Shown here one piece after another: positions 57,668 through 64,000 of a DNA stretch of 64,000 nt; the stretch's first letter is position 1; every line of letters begins with the position of its first letter. Source of the DNA: Salinivirgaceae bacterium (GTDB taxonomy: Bacteria > Bacteroidota > Bacteroidia > Bacteroidales > SZUA-534); the NCBI GenBank assembly GCA_017557605.1, contig JAFYYJ010000122.1, positions 1,344 to 65,343 of the forward strand. The letters run 5' to 3'. The position numbers and the translations under genes were made by a program. The notes under the pieces are model-generated. The model had not been told where the DNA came from. It saw nothing but the letters and a program-made list of their open reading frames with translations, and did not search any database.

Positions 57668-58939
57668 CTACTCGATGGCTATCTCCACTGAATCGGCCTC
57701 CAATTCAAGAGTTGAGTCGGCTTCGGCAAATTCATCTGCGTCAATGTGCCCATTATCGAATAATGTAGTGTCGGTTCGAGTCGAAGAATACAGAATATCA
57801 AGCATTTGCCCCATTCCGATTCCTCCGGTACGACTGCTGCTATTGCGCAGCACAACAATAGTGGCGGTGTCTTGCGGCACACGGACAAGCATTGTCTTGA
57901 ATCCGTGCCACCAGCCGCTATGGAACTGAATTGGAATGGTGTCGGCATAAGTGGTGATGCGCCAACCGTAGCCATAATTGGTGCCGAAACGTATCCGCCT
58001 GCCCATTGGTTGGAAGGCCAACTGCAACGTATCGGCATTGATGATTTTGCCCGAATAGAGCCCCTGGTCCCATTTCATAAGGTCGTTGGCGGTGGAGTAG
58101 ATGCCCTTGTCGCCTAAAAAATGGTCAAGATAGTTGTCGTCGGCAGGAGTGCGGCGGCGCACATAACCAGTGGCGCGTGACGGATAAGTTACGCTCTGCA
58201 TCGCCCTATATGTGAACGTGTGGCTCATCTGCAATGGCTCGAAGATGTTACGCTGAAGATAAACCTCGAATTTCAACCCCGACACCGCCTCAACCACAGC
58301 GGCCAAAACCGCATAGCCGGTGTTGCTGTATTGGAAGCGCCGATTCGGCAGAAAATAACGCCCGGCATTGGCCTCAATCAGTTCGGCAACAATCTGCTGG
58401 TTGCTGAAATATGGGTCGTCAAGCATTTTCTTCCTGTCGCACAGATAGTGATAGTTGGGCAACCCCGAACGATGAATTAGCAACTGATGAATAGTGATGT
58501 CGGGATAAGGGAATCCCGGCAGGTATTTGGCCACGCTGTCGGTTAGGCGCAGCTTGCCACGCTCATAAAGCTGCAAAATGGCCACAGCGGTGAACTGCTT
58601 CGAGACTGACGCAAGCTGAAATGTAGTAGTGTCGGTGTTTGGCAGACATTCTTTGATGTTGGCGTAACCACAAGCCCGCTCGTACAATACGCTGTCCTTC
58701 TGCCCTATGAGCACCACGCCGCTGAAATTACCGCTCCGGCATTTACGCTCAACAACAGAGTCGATGGCGGCAATCTGCTCTTTGGTGAATGTGCAGCGGT
58801 TTGGTTTCTGTGGCGCCTCAATTACAGTATCAGCAACGGCTGGTGTCTCTCCACACCGGGTGCCTATGTGGCACACAACAACGGTTATCGCGGCTGCGAC
58901 GACCATTGGCAACGCTTGTTTTAAGATGGTAGTTGTCAT
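57668..58939 (-). CDS. serine hydrolase, class C beta-lactamase/AmpC-like family
   Basis: N-terminal TM; FQLASVSK (SxxK), LLIHRSG, YSN (YxN), YGYGW, HSG. Confidence 0.88.
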   Translation of the reverse strand: MTTTILKQALPMVVAAAITVVVCHIGTRCGETPAVADTVIEAPQKPNRCTFTKEQIAAIDSVVERKCRSGNFSGVVLIGQKDSVLYERACGYANIKECLPNTDTTTFQLASVSKQFTAVAILQLYERGKLRLTDSVAKYLPGFPYPDITIHQLLIHRSGLPNYHYLCDRKKMLDDPYFSNQQIVAELIEANAGRYFLPNRRFQYSNTGYAVLAAVVEAVSGLKFEVYLQRNIFEPLQMSHTFTYRAMQSVTYPSRATGYVRRRTPADDNYLDHFLGDKGIYSTANDLMKWDQGLYSGKIINADTLQLAFQPMGRRIRFGTNYGYGWRITTYADTIPIQFHSGWWHGFKTMLVRVPQDTATIVVLRNSSSRTGGIGMGQMLDILYSSTRTDTTLFDNGHIDADEFAEADSTLELEADSVEIAIE

Positions 58940-59060
58940 CGTTATTAATTGGCCGCAAAGATAACATTTGCTACAAAATGAATTTCGATGCAGAGAAATA
59001 CGTGGCTAATAACACTGTTTTTCTCACAAAAAAACTATCTTGCAACAAAATCACAGCAAC

Positions 59061-59861
59061 GTGGGCAAACTCAAACAAATAATTCTTGCGGTTGCGCTGT
59101 TGGCGGCAATGCGGGTGGGGGCGCAGGACGGCCATTTTGAAGCTATGGGCAACGCTTCGGTTATGCAGAGCGGGCTTTGGTCGGTGAACAACAACCAAGC
59201 GGGCTTGGCCGACTTGCAGAATTTCGCCGTAGGTGTGAACTACCAAAACCGTTTCCAACTGTCCGAGACAAGCACCAAATCGGTAGCCGCCGCCATTCAT
59301 ACCCGGACGGGCAATTTCGGTTTGAGTTTCAACCGGTTCGGCTATTCGCAATATTCCGAAAACAGTTTCGGTTTGGCCTACGCGCGTCAGTTTGGCGATG
59401 CCGTTTCAGCCGGTCTGCAGTTCGACTATCTCAACATTAATCAGTCGGCGGCATACGGCAACAATGGTGTTTTTCTGTTCGAAGTTGGTTTGATTGCCAA
59501 ACCCATAACCAACCTTCAGATTGGCGCCCACATCTACAACCCCACAAAGGCCAAAATGGCTGAATATGAAGACGAACGCGTCAACACGTCGTTCCGCTTG
59601 GGCGCGAGTTATTTCTTCTCGAACATTGTGCAACTTGCCGCCGAAGTTGAAAAGACAATGCAGACCGACCTGCGCTGCAAAGTGGGCATTGAATATCAGT
59701 TAATCAGCAACTTATATCTGCGGACAGGCTTCCGTTCAAAGCCGAATGAGTTCTGTTTCGGTGCGGGCTACACCTTCAAAGGTCTCACCTTCGACTTCTC
59801 GTTCGCAACGCACCAATATTTGCCAATGTCAACGCAAATATCATTAATGTATTCATTATGA
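59061..59861 (+). CDS. outer-membrane beta-barrel, FadL/PorV/PorQ-like
   Basis: GTG start, signal peptide; AMG....N(N)QAGLA plug motif; amphipathic strands; LYLRTG, FGAG. Confidence 0.65.
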   Translation: MGKLKQIILAVALLAAMRVGAQDGHFEAMGNASVMQSGLWSVNNNQAGLADLQNFAVGVNYQNRFQLSETSTKSVAAAIHTRTGNFGLSFNRFGYSQYSENSFGLAYARQFGDAVSAGLQFDYLNINQSAAYGNNGVFLFEVGLIAKPITNLQIGAHIYNPTKAKMAEYEDERVNTSFRLGASYFFSNIVQLAAEVEKTMQTDLRCKVGIEYQLISNLYLRTGFRSKPNEFCFGAGYTFKGLTFDFSFATHQYLPMSTQISLMYSL

Positions 59862-60727
59862 GCACGTTGTTTGCATTTTGGCCGTTCGTTGGAAAGGTGC
59901 TGATGACAACACTGTTCCAATTGCTGTCGATATTCGGTGTTTTCTTTGTTTTTGGACTGATACTCTATCTGTTAGCACGATACACACGGCGGCTTTTCGT
60001 CAACATTTTGGGCGAGAAGTCCGACATCTACGTCACCGGTTGGATAGGCACGCCGGTGCACGAGTTGGGGCACGCCCTGCTCTGCATCCCTTTCCTGCAC
60101 AGAATCACAGAGATAAAACTCTACTCGCCCAACGGTGAAGACGGCACTTTGGGCTACGTCAACCACGCCTACAACCCACGCAACCCGTGGTCGCAAATCG
60201 GAAATTTCTTCATCGCTTTGGGCCCGATTCTGTTCGGCTCGCTGATTATCTATCTGTTAGTCAGATTTTTGTTGCCGAATAATCAGGCACTGCTGACCGC
60301 GCTTCACGGCTCGCCGGCAAGTTTCACATCGCTGTCGGGATTTATGTCGCTGATGGTGAGTGTTTTCGCATCGTCGTCCGATATGATTTACGCGCTTTTC
60401 ACCGGCGGCCACCTGCACCAATGGCAGTTTTGGCTGTTCCTCTACCTTGCCATTTGCATTTCGGCGCATATGGAATTGAGCCCGCCCGACCTCAAAGGCT
60501 TGGGGTCGGGACTGCTTGCAATAATCATCATTCTACTGATAATCAATATTGTATTGGTTCTTTTGAATGTCGATGCGATGGTGATTGGCACGGCTGTGGG
60601 CCGATGGACTAGCCTCACAACCGGAATTTTCACGTTGGCGGTCGCCATTTCGGCAATGACCTGCATTGCAAGTTTCATCATTTTGAATATCATATCGTTG
60701 ATAATCAATAAGAAAATCTTTATCTGA
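59858..60727 (+). CDS. polytopic membrane HExxH metalloprotease-like protein (M50-related)
   Basis: About 6 TMs; GTPVHELGH, GYVNH, FIALGP, HMELSPPD. Confidence 0.7.
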   Translation: MSTLFAFWPFVGKVLMTTLFQLLSIFGVFFVFGLILYLLARYTRRLFVNILGEKSDIYVTGWIGTPVHELGHALLCIPFLHRITEIKLYSPNGEDGTLGYVNHAYNPRNPWSQIGNFFIALGPILFGSLIIYLLVRFLLPNNQALLTALHGSPASFTSLSGFMSLMVSVFASSSDMIYALFTGGHLHQWQFWLFLYLAICISAHMELSPPDLKGLGSGLLAIIIILLIINIVLVLLNVDAMVIGTAVGRWTSLTTGIFTLAVAISAMTCIASFIILNIISLIINKKIFI

Positions 60728-62802
60728 TGCTTCGGTTTGTTTTTGCATCGATGTTTCTTCTTGCTGCCGTCGGGCTTTATGCCCAAACCGATGGCGACGG
60801 GCGGCAGACGGTTGAGACTTTGATGGAAAATCTATCGGAAGAACTTGAAGAAGATGCTGATATTGAGCAAATTGCCGAAGATTTGGAATATTTTCTGCAA
60901 AACCCTATCAACCTGAATACGGCCACAGCCGAAGACCTTGCCAAACTGCATTTCCTGAACGAGTTTCAGATTGCAAGCCTCACCGACTATGTGCGGCGCA
61001 ACGGCCCGATGCTCACGCTCTACGAGTTGGCGATGGTTGACGGCTTCGACCAAACTGATATTTTCCGACTGCTGCCGTTTGTCAGGGTGGCCGATACGGG
61101 CGACGAATCGAAATTCAGCCTGAAACGCGCCGTCAAATACGGCAAAAACGAACTTTTCAGCCGCGTGACGCTCGTTGGCGAAGAACAGGACGGCTTTGCA
61201 AGCGTGCCCGACTCTGTGCGCCTGTCAGAGCCCGAAAAGCACTATCCGGGTAACCGCGCAAAGATTTTCAGCCGCTACTCGTTCAACTTCAACCGCCAAC
61301 TGATGGCCGGCGTCACGGCAGAAAAAGACCCGGGCGAACAGTTTTTCCGCGGGCATCAGCGCAAAGGCTTCGACTTCTATTCGGCCTATGCCGCCATTCA
61401 CGACATTGGCGTGATTGAGACGCTGATTGTGGGCGATTTTCAGGCGAAATTCGGTCAGGGATTGGCTGCGTGGTCGGGAATGTCGAGCGGCAAATCGGCC
61501 TTTGTGATGGATATCCGCAAAAAGGGCGCGGGCATCCGTAAATACTCGTCGGCCGATGAGAACCTTTTCTACCGCGGCGTGGCCACCACACTCAAATTCG
61601 GGCAGTTCAGAGCCACCGTTTTCGGCTCGCACAAGAAGATTGACGCCACACTTGCAAGTCAGGACACGGCCGCGGCAGAAGAAGCCGGATTCACATCGTT
61701 CGGCACCGTCGGACTGCACGCCACACCAAAACAGATTGAGAAGGAAGACGCTGTTACAGAGAGCATTTGGGGCGCCAACATCAACTACAACCACAACAAT
61801 CTGCGAATCGGGGCAACCGGTTTGGGCTATCAGTACGACAAGGATTTTGTGAAACGCGAGACGCCGCTCTACAAGTTCGATTTCGACGGTCGTAAGAATA
61901 TGAATGTCAGCATCGACGCGCAATATTCGTTCAGCGCGCTCTACTTGTTTGGTGAGTACGCGATGTCGGCCAACGGCGGGCGGGCGATGGTTTTCGGCTC
62001 ACTGATGAGCCTTGCGCCGGGCCTTCGGGCATCGGTGCTCTACCGCAACTACGGCCGTGACTATCAGGCGCAATACGCGGGCGGTTTTGCCGAAGGCGGA
62101 AAGACGCAGAACGAAGAAGGGTTCTTTTTCGGCATCGAAGCAACACCCATAAAACGTTGGAAATTATCGGCTTACTACGACATCTACCGCTTCCCGTGGA
62201 TAAAATACGGACTGAACGCCCCGTCGCGCGGCAACGATTTTCTGGCACAAGCCGAATTTGCAGCAAATCGTTCAACATCAATGATTTGGAAAGTAAAATA
62301 CGAAACCACGCAGACGCAAGGCTCTACTGAAGACGGCAAAATCCAACCGCTGGCCGACCTCTCGCGCTGGACCGTGCGCTACCACCTGAACTACGCCATA
62401 AATCAGCGCTGGCAACTGAAAAGCCGCATCGAACTGTCGGGCTACAAAAACGGCAACGCCGACACCGAAACCGGCTGTCTGCTCTATCAAGATGTGGCCT
62501 GCTCGCCGTTCCGTTTTCCGTTGAGTCTGTCGGTGCGCTACGCGATATTCGAAACAACCTATAACTCACGCGTCTACGCATACGAGAGCGACGTGCTCTA
62601 CGCCTATTCGATTCCAATGATGTACGGTCGCGGCACTCGCACCTATCTGCTCGCCACGTGGTCGCCCGCCAAAAATCTGACCATTTGGGCAAAGGCGTCG
62701 CGCATCTGGTACGCCGACAAAGAGACCATTGGCACCTCGCCTAATATGATTGACGCCAACCACCGCACTGAATTCAAGTTTCAGGTTAGGTGGAAGTTTT
62801 GA
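60727..62802 (+). CDS. ComEA-like helix-hairpin-helix domain fused to a large outer-membrane beta-barrel
   Basis: Signal peptide; PINLNTAT.EDL..L..L..FQI..L..Y...NG....YEL..V.G; EKD.GE, G.F...FGQGL, YAYE.D; C-terminal F (VRWKF). Confidence 0.8.
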   Translation: MLRFVFASMFLLAAVGLYAQTDGDGRQTVETLMENLSEELEEDADIEQIAEDLEYFLQNPINLNTATAEDLAKLHFLNEFQIASLTDYVRRNGPMLTLYELAMVDGFDQTDIFRLLPFVRVADTGDESKFSLKRAVKYGKNELFSRVTLVGEEQDGFASVPDSVRLSEPEKHYPGNRAKIFSRYSFNFNRQLMAGVTAEKDPGEQFFRGHQRKGFDFYSAYAAIHDIGVIETLIVGDFQAKFGQGLAAWSGMSSGKSAFVMDIRKKGAGIRKYSSADENLFYRGVATTLKFGQFRATVFGSHKKIDATLASQDTAAAEEAGFTSFGTVGLHATPKQIEKEDAVTESIWGANINYNHNNLRIGATGLGYQYDKDFVKRETPLYKFDFDGRKNMNVSIDAQYSFSALYLFGEYAMSANGGRAMVFGSLMSLAPGLRASVLYRNYGRDYQAQYAGGFAEGGKTQNEEGFFFGIEATPIKRWKLSAYYDIYRFPWIKYGLNAPSRGNDFLAQAEFAANRSTSMIWKVKYETTQTQGSTEDGKIQPLADLSRWTVRYHLNYAINQRWQLKSRIELSGYKNGNADTETGCLLYQDVACSPFRFPLSLSVRYAIFETTYNSRVYAYESDVLYAYSIPMMYGRGTRTYLLATWSPAKNLTIWAKASRIWYADKETIGTSPNMIDANHRTEFKFQVRWKF

Positions 62803-62816
62803 AAAAGTGTGAAAAC

Positions 62817-62850
62817 AAAAAAAGAGAGAATGTAAATTCCCTCTCTTTTT
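62817..62850. terminator. bidirectional terminator
   Basis: aaaaaaaGAGAGaa-tgtaaa-ttccCTCTCttttt between convergent genes. Confidence 0.6.
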
Positions 62851-62904
62851 AATTATTGTCTGTAATTCTAAACGCTAAACTTTCAACCTATTAAGCCACA
62901 CACC

Positions 62905-63999
62905 TCAATCCTCAACCTTAACAATTTCAACGCTGCCGTCAGACTTTTTTCCGCCTTCGAAAAACTCATCCTCTTTCAGTTTGTCGAGACGATAGTCGAC
63001 ATACTCGAAGATGCTACGGTTAGCCTTAGTGCGAGGCGAGTCGGACTTTTTGATTTTTTGCAGCCAAAGACGCTCATTATCACGGTCGTGCATCCGGCCA
63101 TAGGCAATAGCCATATTATATTGGCGGGTGATTGTCGGCTCGTAGCTCAACGCCGATTTTAGCGTTCGCACCTGATTGGCCACACAAGTGCGGGCTTTCT
63201 GATAGTCGGTGCTGCAATAATGGTAAAAATATGCCTCGTAGAACTTTGCCTGAATGTCATAAACTTCCGCCATCGAAGCCGAATCTGCCTGGCATAACTC
63301 GAAAGCCATCTGTGTGTAGTTGAGCACATCATCGCGATACTCGGAATTGTTCGACACCCGTGCCAGCGCCTTCACAATGGGCAAACTCGCAAATGACGAC
63401 TTTTCGGCGGCCATCAGCATAAAATCATGCGCTTTTTCGAAATTGCTGCAACACTCATAGGTGCGGCCGATGTAAAAGAGCAATGCTGGACTCTCGTCAC
63501 CGTTTCGGTATGCATCGAGGAAAAGGTCGAGAGCGGGATAATAATCTTTTTTGATGAACAGAGCCCGTGCCATCTGCTTGTTAACCTGCTGATTAGTCGA
63601 ATCAAGAGCGTAGTAGGTGCGGCAGTATGACAGCGCAGTGTCGGCCAACTGCTTGCCGTTGTAATAGGTTGCAATGTCGGCCACCACGGCGGCATCCATG
63701 GGGTTGATTGACACGAGCCTCTGCGCACAATCAATCCGCAGCGAATCATCAGCATCCATCTTCTGAAGGCAGTTGTAGCGCAGTTTAATATGCTGATACA
63801 GAATCGTATCTGCCATAAGCGTATCGGTCAGTGCAAGACATTTGACATACTGCCCGCGCTTGAAATAGCACTGAGCCAGCTTGTGCATCACCGTATCGTT
63901 ACGGCCCAACTGATTGGCTTGCTCGTAGCAGAGCATCGAGTTATAAGTGTCGTTCATCAGCATGCACGAATCGCCGCGGGCCACAAGTGCAGCCGCATC
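62905..63999 (-). CDS. tetratricopeptide-repeat protein, 5'-truncated by window edge
   Basis: TPR-like helices (LAQCYFKRGQY, MARALF..KDY, YIGRTYE); frame is open to the window end. Confidence 0.75.
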   Translation of the reverse strand, partial: DAAALVARGDSCMLMNDTYNSMLCYEQANQLGRNDTVMHKLAQCYFKRGQYVKCLALTDTLMADTILYQHIKLRYNCLQKMDADDSLRIDCAQRLVSINPMDAAVVADIATYYNGKQLADTALSYCRTYYALDSTNQQVNKQMARALFIKKDYYPALDLFLDAYRNGDESPALLFYIGRTYECCSNFEKAHDFMLMAAEKSSFASLPIVKALARVSNNSEYRDDVLNYTQMAFELCQADSASMAEVYDIQAKFYEAYFYHYCSTDYQKARTCVANQVRTLKSALSYEPTITRQYNMAIAYGRMHDRDNERLWLQKIKKSDSPRTKANRSIFEYVDYRLDKLKEDEFFEGGKKSDGSVEIVKVED

Positions 64000-64000
64000 G

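Noticed and set aside
57668-58939. Antibiotic-resistance beta-lactamase
   Set aside because: SxxK/YxN/HxG motifs are shared by many esterases and peptidases of this fold, and there is no mobile context
1-64000. CRISPR arrays, prophage, IS elements, retron/DGR or other defence systems
   Set aside because: No regularly spaced 25-45-bp repeats, and no transposase, integrase, reverse transcriptase or phage ORFs recognised by eye

Overview
Mostly housekeeping chromosomal window from a Bacteroidota (probably Bacteroidales) genome. The taxonomy is inferred from TAnnTTTG promoters, type IX secretion (T9SS) cargo and glycine/sulfonolipid genes. Core genes: valS (partial), nfnAB, ruvB, recQ, kdsD, prs, engB, metY, yidC, rimP-nusA-infB, ribE, ispG, rplY-pth and tRNA-Ser(GCT). 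I saw no CRISPR array, prophage, transposase or integrase. Most notable: (1) a 3384-aa SprB-like type-B T9SS adhesin with its SprF/PorP partner. Its C-terminal ~1450 aa carry about 38 Bacteroidota O-glycosylation sequons D-[ST]-[AILVMT], while the N-terminal ~1935 aa carry about 1 (by-eye counts). It lies between a GDP-mannose synthase gene and a GT-C glycosyltransferase gene. (2) A translationally coupled operon of a FadL/PorV-like barrel, an HExxH membrane protease and a ComEA-HhH/beta-barrel fusion, a candidate DNA-capture system. (3) A 21-bp-phased direct-repeat array upstream of a stand-alone CBM-like T9SS protein. (4) A SulA/CapB-type sulfonolipid synthase with an altered PLP motif. (5) An unannotated 31-aa membrane protein. 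(6) An att-like relic beside the tRNA. All calls come from motif recognition by eye, with no database searches.
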